A program made the translations under genes and the position numbers. From positions 62,186,001-62,250,000 of the forward strand of contig CM060731.1 in NCBI GenBank assembly GCA_030704615.1: a DNA stretch of 64,000 bases. Reading direction: 5' to 3'. Shown here one piece after another: positions 33,424 to 47,495 of the stretch (positions are counted from its first letter, which is position 1; every line of letters begins with the position of its first letter). Under the pieces are notes generated by a model, which worked only from the letters and a program-made list of their open reading frames with translations, ran no database searches and was not told the origin of the DNA. The stretch comes from Takakia lepidozioides. Taxonomy: Eukaryota; Plantae; Bryophyta.

Positions 33424-36400
33424 ATGAGGGCCTGCATGTCCTACCAGGGGCTGGCAGGAGCGAAAGGAAGTCTGGCTCCCATCGCTGAGCCTGGGGTAGG
33501 TCGTCTATCGGTCTAAGGGGGGCTTGGAGGCGCAGTGGAGCACAGAGAAGCGTTGCTCTGCAGTGGTGTGCTGGCCCCTCCAGCCCAGTGCTGTAAGGAT
33601 TGCTTCAAGAGGAGGTTTCTTCAGCTCTGCATCCCCTGCCTTGGGCTTGGTGTTGTGAGCAGGCTCTCGTCTTCGCAAGGGCCTAGTTGGATTCACTCGC
33701 GGGGTTTAGGGTTTTTTCAATCCCAGGTACGTCTTGAGGGTGCCAGATTCAGCAATTTCCATTAACCATTGTTTTGGAATTGAGAGGAACACAATTTTTT
33801 TACTCTCAATTTCTATCAAGTATTTGGAATACTTACAGCGAGTGTTTCCGCCTAATTGGTTTCATCTTCATGTTTTATTTTTCCTTCGACATTCCCAATT
33901 TCTATTGTGGCATTTGAAAGTTCTCTTCATGTATTTCTTCTCGAATTCATCACATCGATTCTGGTTGCAAGTGTACTTAACAGCATGTTGAACTGACCAT
34001 CAAAGGTATCATCAATGGTATTCTGGAATTAAAGGAGCAAATTTTATGCAATGTTTTTTCAGCTGAGTATATCCTATTCTGGCGGCAATGGTGTTGTACT
34101 CAGTGAGGTCTATCACGGTTGAAAACATGTCTTTAACTGGCTTCAATTTATCTCCACGCTGGACCTGATAACTTTTCTGCGTATTTTTTCCTGCATACGT
34201 CTATGTGCTGTTGACAAATAGTTGAAAATCAATGATGGTAGAATTGTGCCACATAAAATAAAGTGATTATGATCTGCTGATTTCTTCACCACAACTGGGA
34301 TGATGTCTGCTCGCACTGCTGGAGCTGTTGTGCATTCTTTGAAATCTTATCCAGGAAATGTGTGCTTGAACGAGAATGTGTTTTCTGTACTGTTGGAAGT
34401 AATACACATAGATCCGTGCTTGCAACATCATGGAAGAAAGCAGAGCCTTGTCAACTTGCACGTTACTGTTGATATTGAACTCACCGCCCCATCTCGCAAA
34501 TGCTGTTCGAGAAGGACGTGAGTACGGCATATAAGGATTTGAGTCTTTTCTGGATGGAACCGTAAGGTTGTGCTCTGTATAGCTCCATTGTCATTTCCAA
34601 TAACAGTAAGCTTTTTGGCAGGTTGGACTCCTAGTGAATGCTGCAGGTAGGATCAGACCATGGGCTCCCTGTTGCTAGCATCTCAAGTGCAATTCCAGCG
34701 GGTGCTGGAGGCGATAGTCATGGATTTGGAGGACAGGGAGGTGGGGGGGGTGGGGGAGGTGGAGGAGAAGGGTTTAGCGTGTCTGCCACCAGCCCTCTTG
34801 GTGGGGACCATGACAGTGAAGCTCCTCCCTCCTCAGTCTCTGAGGATGTCATCATTCTTGATGTTGGGGTATGCATTCCCTCCCACCTGTCTATGTTGTA
34901 GTTTGGTCGAGATTATAGTTACAAGCACAATATGTCAGCATGGTCAAAAGTGGGGACCTGGGGTTTCTTTTCCAGGGTTGGAGGTTTGGGACGGGGGCTG
35001 TGAGGGATACTGATTTCTGTTCTTGTGATAGCTACGTTAAATCTCCAGCTGTCTCCCTCTGTGGAAGTTAATAGGCACTTTGTTTCTATGTTGACAAACA
35101 AGGTTATGTGTGCTGCAGGTGTCTTTGTCTACTGTCACTTGTGCTGAGGACTGCCTTGCTTGCAGGAGAGCAAGAAGTAAAGGAACTTAATAGTGTCCAC
35201 AGGGGCCCTGGAGGCCCCATGGAACAAAGTAGAACAACAAGACAAAGAAAAACACTTATAATGTGCACAGGGGTTTGAAAGGGCCCATGGGAAAGTAGAC
35301 AACAGAAACCACTTCAAAAGACACCAATGACAGCCAAGCACATGGCACCTCATGTTGGTAGGCCGGCACTCTTTAGAGAGTTGATTTGTCTGCAGTACAA
35401 GCAGGCAGTGTAGAATAGTGTTGTGTTCAAAGGGTGGGAATGGCGTTCCATCTGATTTGTAGAAATTTGACAATATTTTCACTTTCCAATGTCATTTGGC
35501 AGCCACAAGTTACAGCGGCAACAGTCAACCTAGCAACTGAGACAGCATTGGTAAGGGTGATTCCGGAGACCCCAGTTACAAGTGGGTGGGAGAAAACCAA
35601 GCAACAGCTGGCAGACATCTTAGCACAGCACTTGACAACCTGTGGCTTCAAGTCTACAGTCCGAGGTAGTCCCCTCTCTCAAGCACTTAGAATTTGATGT
35701 AAGGGGAGGCGACGGATGGAGCGATGGGGAGGATTGGATGTCTTGCAGAGGAAGGGATTGCCTGGGCTACAGTTGGACCCCATTGAAAACATTTCTCCAA
35801 TTGGACACATTCATTACCATCAGTCGTTGTGACTAGAGAACTTGATTTCTTGTCCTCCATTCCTGTGACTGTGGTAATTGGAAGGAGATAAACTTGGCTC
35901 AGTGCACTGCTCAATCGAGCCTTTTTGTCTACTCTCAAGTGGATTTGAGGACTGGAGATGCTCTCAACTCTCCCTATCTTCAGCTCTCACAGTGAACTTG
36001 TAGAAAGGTTCACTCACAGAGTGCTTATTTCTATTTAGAAATACATCTTGCTCAAGGATGAATTTCTGGTCTTGGCACAAAGAGTAGTGATGCTGACAAA
36101 AAGTTTCATATTTGAGTTTATTACAGTGCACTTGTTTTTAGTGCCAAAACTTGAGTTCGGATCCTGTAAAATCAGGAAGCAACCATACTTAAAATTAAAA
36201 ATCAGGATGAACTTGTGTCACTTGAGAGCAGAGGTGGTTACTTACTCAACAGGCATGCACCTTTTACATGTACTGAGTGGGCTTCCGCATGGGTGCATGG
36301 CAGACGAGGTGGTTTGAACGTTGAAGGCTCGGAGGGGAGCTGCACGAATGCTGCTGCCACCCGCTTGCATTCCCCCTGGTCTACCATGCTTTCAACCTCA

Positions 36401-39400
36401 TGGCTTCTTGCCTGCCTCGCTTAGGAGATATAGCCATCATGCATAGCAGCATCTGATAGGTGAGATGGAGGTGGAGAGTGGCAAGCACAGGCTTGGACAT
36501 GCCATAGAAGAGTTAGGGACCAGTTGTTTCCAATCAAAATCTAGGGGTTCGTTACAATTTTGACCACAGGTTTGGGGAAGTGTAATCAAGCTGAAGGGTT
36601 AGGTCGAAGTAGAGGTCCGAGCGAATTAGTGTTTTCTGGAACACTTCTGTAGTATTCCAGATAAGGTTACTTACGAGACTGCAATGGATTTGCCATTTTA
36701 GCTAATCTAGAACTCTCAACGTGCACTTAGCAACTGGAGGAGACTAAGTATTATTTCTCTACGTACTATCCATACTCCTTGGCCTTTATGGAGATTTGTT
36801 AAGCTGCATGTTATGACTATGCCATGTCTTCTTAATTTAACGATGGACTGGGATCTCTTCTGGATATCTTAACATCATCTACTACTCTTATGTGGTGCCC
36901 CTGCCAACTAATTGGAAGCCCCTGGAAGGAGCCTCTACTAACTTTCGCCATATTCAGTCTACATGCAGCTTCAGTTCTCGCTGCCTTAATGTATCAACAG
37001 CAATTTTGTGCTTTAAGCCCTTCGTGCTGGTTTCTTGCAGTGTGTCACCTCTTCTCCTCTTCAGGATCGTGTTTTCTAGGAAGGCTGTTTGGTTGACCTC
37101 TCTCCCCTGATTTTTCTTTGTGTGTTGCTGTACCCCCTGGCTCTGCAATGCTCAGCATTTCTTGGCTTGCCAAGGTTGTCATAGATGTGTTTTGTTTGTA
37201 TAGTTTGATTGGGGGTGTTTCGTCATTCCTCAAACAAACAAAGATGTTTAAAGGAATGAGAAGTTTAAAGGAATAATTGAGTATGAAAAAGCCCAAACTG
37301 CTTCAAGGTACAGTCACACTTAAAAGTACTTGAAAGCAACACTTTTTGAGGACCTATCCTCTCTGCATCATAGATAAGTCATTATCTTCTATGCTGGACT
37401 GCAAATTATTCTGAAATTACTGGTGCATTGAAGCACACCTCTGTGCATCATCTTTCTAAACTTGGTCTGCTATCCATCGACTGTCTTTTTAATGGCCACT
37501 TCAGCAAGATTTTTGGGGTACCTATATTCTCCGGAGAGTCCGATGCAAAACCAGATGGAAAGGTTCATATCTTTAAGATAGAAACCCTGTTTTTATCAGC
37601 GTGGATTTCAGATTGAAGCACATTACGTACCAAGGAAAGCATGTTTCCATATCTGAATCACTTGATTTGCAGAGTGTCGAGGAGAGAATGGCATCAAAGT
37701 GAGACCTTCAGCCCTTAGGAAACGCGAGGAGAGGCTCACTCGCTTGAAAGACAGTGGTACTCCTCTGCCCTCCGTACACGAGTACCTGCTTACGTACCTA
37801 ATTCCATTTCTTGGTCCATTATGTCATTGCTTATTTAACACCAGCTCCTCATTCAGTGACATTTTCTACTGTCTGGAGTGGACGAACACTAATTTTAAGT
37901 GTTTGTTTGCTGTAATGCAATGCTATGTATTGAATCGACAAGTCGCCATATTGTCCATCTCCAGTTGAACTATGATTGATCTGTATGGGTTTTTCTTAGT
38001 CTGGCAAGGCCAGTTTCCTTTGAACATGCAGAGCCACTGATCATCTTTAGAGGCTTTGTGAATTGGACACAATGAAGTGTATAGCAGAAGTACACATTAA
38101 GTTCAAACATACAAGGATTGTTTTGTGAAGGCTGCTTATAAGGTACAGGGCATAGTACCCTACAGATTATTAACCTTCCTGTAGCATGTTGTGTTCTTTC
38201 AGCCCAGCAGAGCACAAACCTCAGCCTCAAATGCAAGAACAATTGAGAAAAATTACATTGAATAGTGTTGTTTTAGTGTCTGCTGACATGTTTCTTCTCT
38301 CACTGTTATCAAAATCAAGTGTTGTGGGCTTAACAAACTAACGGATTCTTTATTTGAAATAGGGCGAAGGCTTGCAGTTGCCTGGACACTTGCTGCGGCC
38401 TGCCTGGTGGGTCATGCACACTACTTTTTAGGAGCCTTGGCCCCAGCATGGCTCCATCTGTTTCATTCAACAGGGTTCCATGCAACACTGTCATTCGCTG
38501 CATTGGTTGGCCCGGGACGCAAGTTGCTAGTGGAGGGCTGGCAAAGCCTATGGCGAGGTTCGCCCAACATGAACACATTGGTGGGCTTGGGGGCATTTTC
38601 TTCATTTTCTGTCAGCACAGCTGCTGCACTCTTGCCCAAACTGGTATATGAACCCTTATTGTCTACTTTCACACTTTACACCCTGATTCAGTTTTTTGTC
38701 TGAGACTGAAGGAGGTTGTTTCGTGGCAAGGAGCACATGAACTTCATGGAACATTCTTGTTTGTCATTGTTCAGATGCTTCAAACAATGATTATATCTAC
38801 TTGCTTACTTGTGTTACATTGAAAATGGTTCACACATGTGTCGTTGGGGTTTTGATGCAAGAGCTTGTTCATCGCCTTCACAGTCAATCTGAATTCTGTG
38901 ACCCTGAATGCATTGTCCAGGGATGGCAAGCGTTTTTTGAGGAGCCAGTGATGCTGCTAGCATTTGTCCTGCTGGGGAGGGCAGTGGAGGAGAGCAAAGC
39001 TGCAGGCTACCAGTGACATGGCAGCTCTCTTGAATTTTTTGCCAGCCAAAGCACGCCTGGTTGTGGGGTCAGCTGATGGCAACCAACATCATACTATTGA
39101 AGTTCCCTGCGATAGTCTATCTGTTGGAGACTCGGTTGTTGTGCTGCCAGGGGTGAGCATCCATTTACTACACGCTTACAAGACTGCATCCTCTTTCTTC
39201 AATTTCGCAGGAGTATTGCAAGTAACATGGCTGTATCTCGTTGTAGTGCACACATATGTATACAATTCAGTACTTTGAAAGTAGGGATGAAGTTCCCAGC
39301 CTCTATCTGTGCCAGGATCGGATTCCAGTTGATGGTGTGGTAAAGGGAGGCAGGAGCACTGTTGACGAGTCCAGTCTTACAGGAGAGCCTCTGCCTGTGT

Positions 39401-42400
39401 TGAAGCAGTCTGGGGTAAGATTCTCTTCTCTCTTCAGCAAATGACTGTGCAAAGTCTCAGCTGCAAAAACATATGAAATCAAAATGTGTGGAAAGATCAA
39501 TCTCCTGTCAATCTTGACTACAGTTACTAGTTACTTTCCCACTTGAGGTTCTTGCTGTTCCATGCTTGACACTTGTAGAAAAGTGATGTGGGACCTTTGA
39601 CTCGTTTTCTTCTGGTGTCTAAAATACATGAATTTTTCCATCAAAGGATGAAGTGTCAGCGGGGACTGTGAACTACAACGGCACCATGACGGTGGAGGCG
39701 TGGAGGCCATGGGGTGAAACAGTGTTGGGTGACATTGTGAGGATGGTGGAGGATGCCCAGACTAGGGAAGCCCCAGTGCAGCGCCTTGCTGACAAGGTCC
39801 CTTACTCTGTAGAATATTTTCTCTCTTTCTGTCTTTTTTCCTATCTCTTGCTGTTGTTTGAGGGACAGAAACAGAGACATCATCAACTGTATTGCTTTGC
39901 CAGAACAACATGTGCCTAGCCTTGCAGCCATAAACTCCATGTGGTATATATTTCTTGATTCGGTGGCAATCTTTGTCTGGGTCGTCAAATTTGCAAAGTT
40001 GAGCTTTTAGTCAGCTCATTCTTAATACATGAGCAGCACTAGTAAGCTCTTTATAAACAGTGAACTAACTGAATGTAAATCTGTGAGGGTATGGTATGTA
40101 TTGCACTACCATCGCCAGTTCAGCATCAATGGTTTTGTCTTTCCAGAAGGAAAACCACAGAGGCTGATATGTACTCATGTTGGTTGGAGCAATCGTCCAA
40201 TACTACGGGGTTTGGCATAGAAGGGAAAAACTAATGGATACACGTGGAAACTTGAGTTCAAGTGAAGCCACAGTCTGATGATAAGTAGCTCATGTATGGT
40301 CAGAACAGCCACTAGAGGCATAGTACCAGCATGGTCCCAGATGGTTACTAAATATTTTTATACCAATGCTGGGGTCTATCCTGGGACTCATCCAATTCCT
40401 ATACTAATAGCCAACCACAAGCGGGTTACAGGGATGATTTACTATTGACTTGTTATTAGAGTAGGAAACCAATTAAGCAAATATAGAGAGAAGGGGGACT
40501 GATGCGACAGGTGTATGTGCCAGGTGGCAGGCCAATTTTGTTATGGGGTAATGGCACTGTCAGGTGCTACCTTTGCTTTCTGGACCACACTTGGTCCTGC
40601 ACTGTTTCCAGCAGTGGTGCCAGCTGGGGGCGCACTCTTGCTTGGGCTCCAGCTTGCTTGCAATGTCCTGGTAAGCACATGAGCATCTTTCTTGCTAGGG
40701 TGCATATTTTCCTAGCTATTTCTCCTCGGCTTTCAAAGTAGACCCTGCAGATCTTGGACTGCTTAATCTACTAGAGAGAAGACTGCCGTTGAGTGATCGA
40801 CCATTTTGTTTGCATGTGAGCTATCACTAAGACAACATAGCCAACTTTGTGAAAACCCTCTATGGGCTACAAGAGGTTAGAAACCCAGGAGGACTACATT
40901 ACAACTAGCGTTACAAGGGACTGCCTCTCCCCCCCCCACCTAATCCGCATCTCTTCTGCTGTCTTTCTGCGTAGTACTATTGGTACTTGGGGAACTTACG
41001 CTGAGTTTCACGTGCAGGTGATTGCATGCCCTTGTGCACTTGGCCTTGTGACCCCGACAGCTGTTCTGGTATGCATAAAACTACCTCCAAGAAATGTACT
41101 CATAAGATGTTGTTTGCCGTAACCTGTACCTCCAAGGCAGAAAGATATCAAGACAGACACTTTATTATGTCCATGGGGAAGCCAGAAAGCATGACAGAAG
41201 AAAGAGAGTGGCAACTATTGATTAAGGGCAACTATTGACTAAACAACTATTGATCAAGGGATTGTCGAAGTCAACACCTCGCGTAGATATGTTGCCAAGA
41301 AAGGAATTTTCTGAGCTCAAAGAACTTATGCAACAGAGAAAAGAGAAAACAGAATCAACAGAAAAGTGAGGCCCCCAACAACTAACCAACACAACCTTGT
41401 ATTTCGAGAGCCAGAGAGAGAGAGGATCGGGATCCCAATCTGAGGTAGGCTATAGAAAGAGAAGAAGAAAGAAGAACATTGTTATGTCCAAGGGAGGTCA
41501 AAGGGGTGATGGGACACACTAGAACACCAGAAACCAAAGAACAAACCAAACCGTTGCATGAAGGAAGAAAGAATCTGTATAAAGTCCACAGGGAGCCCCC
41601 AAGGACCCATGGGACAAAGTAGCACATCTAGCAACCACTGCATAGAAGACCCTTAAAAACCAGTGGACCCAAGAGAGGGCTTTCCATGAGGACTTTGGCC
41701 AATAGTGTATCGACCCTGCTAACACTGAGTTGACAGTGGACTTCAAATCATCTGGGTTCGGAAATTGCTTAGCCATGGACAATTGGATCACGGAGTAAAC
41801 TACATAAGGCAAGTGAAAGAATGAAGAAACTTGACAACGCCCACACGGGGCCCTGAGAAAGAGAGAAAAAGGAAGAGATCTTTAGAGAAATCCATTTGAC
41901 AACCTAGAACTACAAGAGAGTCTTGCTGAATAATTTGTAGCCACCATTTGCATGTGCTGTCCTGGAATGTTGTTGCAATAAGGGCATGATGTTCTTCGTG
42001 TGCCCCTATGTCACTTTCCATTTTCTTAGGTGGGATATTTTTTCCAATTTAAACTTGAAATGAGTAATCGTGCTACTCTAGTCTCTATTGCTGTCTGTCT
42101 GTCTCTATCGGGCATATCCTAACTTCACTTTCATCAGACAATCTCATGGCAACAGACATGGCTGTGGACACTACAGCCTCTAAGTCAGATTTATCCAGCA
42201 GGGTCAAGGCTTGCGGATCCAGGTCCAGGTCCTTGAGAATCTCTTCTACTCTCTTCTGCCAGAACTTAGCCTGTTTGACAGGGCGGTCCTGTTTCCAAGA
42301 TATGGAGTCAATTAACTTAGGATATCTGGTGTTGGGCATATGTTGCAGCTGACCCCACCATCTGACCTTGAATTCATCTCGTCGGGAGCTTAAGGACGGA

Positions 42401-44770
42401 ATGCCAAACTTGCCCCGAACAGCCACATTGGCTGTTTTGGAGCATGCTGACATACACTCCTTAAGCACCCCCACTTGAATGGATTCTAGAGAACTTAGCC
42501 TGGTTGGAGTTATCAACCCATATAGCAGATCCGTACTCCAAGGCAGGTCTAATAACGCGAAAAAGCATGGTTTTCTTAACCTCAGAGTTGACCCCTCTGC
42601 AGTGGAAAAATTTAGTGAGCCCCAGAGCTTTGCCCTTGCCAGTTTGAACAACTTCAATTCTATCAAGGGAATTGTGCCTGTACCCCTGTTTAACAACTTT
42701 GAAAGTCTCGAGGCTGAGCCAAAAGCCCAGGCCCTCCTGAGGCCTAGTTTTTGGGCAAATCACACACAGCAGATTGATGCTTGTGTGAAGGGATTTCTAG
42801 AGGATATCTGGAAAACCCGGATTAATTCTACATATGATGGTAAGTCACACTACCAACGTCAGCCCCTGACAAGGTAGGTTCTGTCCCTTTTGTTCCCGCT
42901 CAAACTGGGCGCGGGGTCAATGGCCACAAGTCTACGGCAAACAACGTCTTATGAGTACAATCTGTTGGGCATATCACACACAGCAGATTGATGTTTGTGT
43001 GAAGGGATTTCTAGAGGATATCTGGTAAACTCGGATCAACTGTGTATTCCAAGTAAAGTCATACTACCAGCGTCAGCCCTTGACAAAGGTAGTTTCTGTC
43101 CCTTTACGTTCCGCTCAAACTGGGCGCGGAGTCAATGGCCACAAGGCTATGGCGAACAATGTCTTATGATGACATTCTATTGGGTGATTGCTCAAGTGGG
43201 CTTTGAATCTGGTATTGGGTCAACAGGTGCAGGACAGTACATTTGAGCAAGAGCCAGGGAGTGGAGCAACCGCAATTGTGGATGGCAAACGGGTTGCAGT
43301 GGGCACATTGGCCTGGGTCAGTAGGTATAACGTCAGATGTCATTTTTTCTTTGTCTTGTTTTCTTAGTGGTAGAAAGCATCCGCAGTCCAAAAGCAGTCT
43401 CAGTTTTCGTTCTCATGTGTCCAACATAATGTTATGCTCAGTCTCATACAAGGTAGTTGTTGTCATTGAAAACTTTCTAGGCAATTCTCTTACCTGTGTG
43501 AAATACAGGTATGGGGCCAATGGGAGTGCTCCTGACGTTATTGATGCAGCCCTTCAAGGACAAACTGTGGTGTACATAGGTAACAGCCCCTTTCCTTGCC
43601 CTGTCAGACAAGCACAGTCAATATTTTGTTTTCATTGAAGAGTGCTCATTGTTTGCTACCATTTGTCATGTCCATCTTTCTCCTATCAATCTGAGTCTCG
43701 TGTGGGCTTGTCTAAAGCAAGCCCACTGTTGTCTATCAAGCTCTCCACAGTGTTTGCCACTTCAAAGTGTGGTTTGTTTAACCTCTATGTGATGATATTT
43801 ATCTGTTCGCAAGAACACTTCTTGACAAGGCAATGTGAGAGAAAAGTTTATGGATCTACTGGGAACACTCCAATTCTCAGAGTATATCAGTGATATTTAC
43901 TGATGGATATGATGGCTGACAGTAGGTTGTCTGATTGGATACAATGTACATGCTCCAAATTCATGTGCAATTGGTTGCATGCATTGTCAGGGGTTGATGG
44001 CGAGGTTGCAGGAGCTATTACAATGAGGGATGAGGTCAGGGCTGATGCCAGGAGAACTATCAATGCCCTCCACCACATGGGCATTGAGACATCTATGCTG
44101 TCAGGGGACAAGCAGGAGGCTGCTGAAGCTGTGGCCGGAAAAGTGAACATCAACAAGCAACAGGTGAATTGCTTGGAGTCATGCTGTGATTCAACATTTT
44201 TGTATGCATTGCTGGATCACTGTCCATTCCACCATACTTTTTCACCTTACAACTACATTATCATGAGAGCCATTCATAGATAGTTGTTTTTTCACTGCCA
44301 GAGCCATTTATTTTCGCCTCCAGAAACCACTCAAGGGAGTGTGAAGCTGAGCTCAAAATGGCCAAAGTGTGCATGCACATAAGGATAATCAGACTGCTAA
44401 CTGAGTGATGATTTTTGGGGGTTGGCATTGTCAACATTTCAAGGGAGGCCTTCTATCTTCATAGATGTGAGACATTGCAGTTGCAATGCTAGTTACCCTG
44501 TAGAGAGAAGAGGCTATCCCGAGAGAGGAGCAGTCTTCCCCTTTTTTTGTTAACCAGGGTTCTTGGCATGACTAGGTGAGACACTTTTGACTGCAAATAA
44601 TTATGTGCAATCCTTCACTGTGAGCTCCCTTCTAGCCCCCCAGCAGTCAGTCTGAAGTTGTTTGAATCCATTTCATAAGGTACATGCTGGGGTGAGGCCA
44701 TTTGAGAAGGCAGAGTACATTAAGCAGCTCAAAAAAGAAAACAGAAATGTGGCTATGGTGGGAGATGGCA
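33424..44770 (+). pseudogene. PAA1: Chloroplast P1B Cu-transporting ATPase PAA1/HMA6-like, copy 1; disabled
   Basis: Exons encode the Gly-rich N-terminus, [64 protein letters not shown] and VAMVGDG. Relative to the other copies: frameshifting deletions in exons 1-2, loss of the GMSCGGC and DKTGT exons. Also a frameshift at ~38995 and truncation by a LINE at ~44770. Confidence 0.9.
42120..43175. mobile_element. Non-LTR family B insertion in a PAA1 intron with inverted 5' part and duplicated 3' end
   Basis: 42120-42655 reads on -, 42656-42960 on +, and a second 3' end occupies 42975-43175. Confidence 0.8.
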
Positions 44771-45490
44771 TGGGAAAATGGGAAAAAACATGAGAGGAAA
44801 CAAAACCAGAGCCAAAAATAAAACTATTGCTCGAGGGATTGTCTAAGCTGCCAAGCATTTCTGATCCTCATAGTGGAAGACTTCAGTGAGAGATTGGGTT
44901 CCGCGGAGTAGACACTGGAATCTCCCACGGATCTCGTAGTATAGAGGGCAATTGAAGAAGAAGAGAGGAGAAATGAAATGAAATGAAATGGTGCTTATGA
45001 AACATCCGTGGAAAGCTCATAGAACTTATGGGACAAAATGGAAAGACAAACATGAGAGAGAAACAGGAAACCAGAGATAGAGATAAGAACTATTGTTCGC
45101 GTGATTGTCTAAGGGTGAATGCCTCGTGCAGGTAAGCTGCCCAGCATTTATGATCTTCATAGTGAAGACTTCAGTGAGAGATTGGGTTCCACGGAATAGA
45201 CAATGGAATCTCCCACGGATCTCATAGTATACAGGGCAATAGAAGAAGAAGTGTTCTTCAGTTTCAATTTCCTGGTTGCGCCCTGTGCAAGCTGGACATA
45301 GCTGTCCGCTCGATGCAGGTTTTCCCATCTGCCAGTCTCTATCCGTAGGTTGTGAGAGAAAGAAGAATATTTTATTCCCACAGGGGTGGCATTGAAGAAA
45401 GACTTATCATTACAACTTTCACAGAGAGGAATGAAATGGCACTTTATAACGTCCGAGGAAAGCTCAAAGAGCTTATGGGACAAGAGAAAT
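44770..45490 (-). mobile_element. Stacked non-LTR family A fragments
   Basis: Three partial copies with CPVYYEIRGRF-type sequence or (GAAAT)n tails. Confidence 0.8.
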
Positions 45491-46879
45491 CAAGAAAGAG
45501 AGAGAAAGAGAACAAAGGTAGTTGTGTCAGCTTTCTAATCTCTTTGATCGGGGGTCTTCCCCCGGCCATCTTAGTTCTGCCCTCATGGCCCTCTGGGGCT
45601 GTTCTAAAGTTTCTACTTTCTTCTCTCTCGTGCTTTGAGGGCTTATCACCTCTGTACTGTGGCTTCTTCCTCTTCGCCCTCTTATTGGGTTTGCTTTTCC
45701 TGGGAAGGTGGTTGCTCTGTCAGTCTCCCCTCGTCTAGGTTACCTTGAGGTTTTGGTTCATAGAGTTTTAGCGGGGGTGGTTGTTCTGTTTCTCACCCCT
45801 TGAGAACAAGGTGGTGATGTCTCTAGGCTAGATGTGATCCTAATTGTGAACTGACCATCCTCAAATTCTGGGACCGGCACACTGTATTGAAGATCAGTCA
45901 GCCATCTGCTGATGTGTCTTTCCCTAAGGAAAGGTAGTTTCTCACAGAATGTCATGAAGTGGATTTGAGGTAGGAGTTCAGTGTGTTGCTGACATTGATA
46001 CATGACATTATATTAGGAGCGTGAGGCTCTGAAAGGTTGAGAATGGTGTCTCAACTTGTGGAATTGTTCTTTTGCAGGGGTGGGGTAGTATTTTGGGGTG
46101 ATTTTATTGGACCAGAGCGGATCTTCGCAAAACTCTCAGAGTGGTCAAGTCAGTACGGAGAGTTCTTCAAGCCTTCTTTTGCCCTGAAGTGTGCCGTTCA
46201 TGGAAAATACCCTCTGGTAACGTCTTTTCCTTACGTGGGGAGCTATTTGCAGTTCACCCAAAGAGAGAGTGGAGAGCAGTACCAATAAAGACCTGAGTGG
46301 ATCAACCAAGTTCCTGCAACTATCCTGCCTCTCCATGTTCATTTTGGTGAGTAGCTGAGAGTAGCTGAGGTCCCAAAGAGCTGTTGCAGTAACCTCCTCA
46401 GATTGTCAGTCAACCTGGACAGGCAGTATCCTGCCAGTGCTTCATATTGGCACATATGGGAACATTCTCCCTCATCCAGTACTGGATCTCCCCATTTGGA
46501 AGTTCTGTTTGTCACTGAGTTGAACTGTTATTCATGGGGGGAGGTGGTGTCTGTGGGGGAGGTTGTCTCAGGCCCAAATCGTAGAGCAAAGGCCTGGAGC
46601 CGCTCGGTTATGAAGAAGTACATGGCTGCAATCTGGCTGGAAAGGGTCAAAATGAGTGCAAAATTGGATTACTGGACTCTACTCTTGTATAGAATTGTTG
46701 AATATATGCCTAATTTTTGCCAAACTCTGTAGCCACACTTTGGAGCTCGATTCTACAGTCCTCTCTACCTTGCATGACATATGGTGCATTGCATGTCACA
46801 CCGTAATGGGCATAACAACAGGGAATAGATGCTATCTTAGAAAGGGGCTTACTCCAGTGGTGGGACTTTCCTGGCTGTC

Positions 46880-47495
46880 CAGATTTCCTCTAGAAAGCCC
46901 TTCACACAAGCATCAATCTGCTGCGTGTGAGCTGCCCAACAATTAGATCCCAACAGGGCCAGGGCTTTAGGGTCAGCCTTGAAGAGGGTTGCTCTCTCAC
47001 AAGAGACCCCAGACATTGTAGATGTTGCCTTCAGGCCGGCATTGACAATCTCCCTTTCCTCTCTGCATCTCTTTATTATTCAAAGGTAGACCCCCTGCCC
47101 AGTTTAAAATTCAGTCGAGTGCCAAGGTAGGTAGGGCCTTCATCCGTGAGGTCCTTAACCGTGTCACTCACATCTAGAAACAAGTTCGGGGAAGTTTTAT
47201 GCCCAAATCGTATTGTTTGGACATTCTTTCTGCGTCCAACATGGCCTTAGGCACTTCAGCCTCAAACTCGGCTTCATCTAGCAGGGTCAGTTCTTCCTGC
47301 TTAGTATTCAAATACTTGAAAATCTGTTCCACCAAGACTTAGCTTGTTTAACAGGATGGTCTTGCGTCCCAAAAAATCTTAGGGTATCTGGTCTTAGGCA
47401 TGTGATTCAGCTGACTCCACCATCTGACCTTGAACTCATCAACAGAATGTACTCATAAGACTTTGTTTGCCGTAGCCTTGTGGCCATTGACTGCC
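46880..47495 (-). mobile_element. Diverged non-LTR family B remnant
   Basis: Similar to 2242-3025. 3' end motif at 47445-47492. Confidence 0.7.

Noticed and set aside
45500-46870. Possible retroelement ORF1/gag or gene remnant
   Set aside because: No recognisable motif and only fragmented ORFs.
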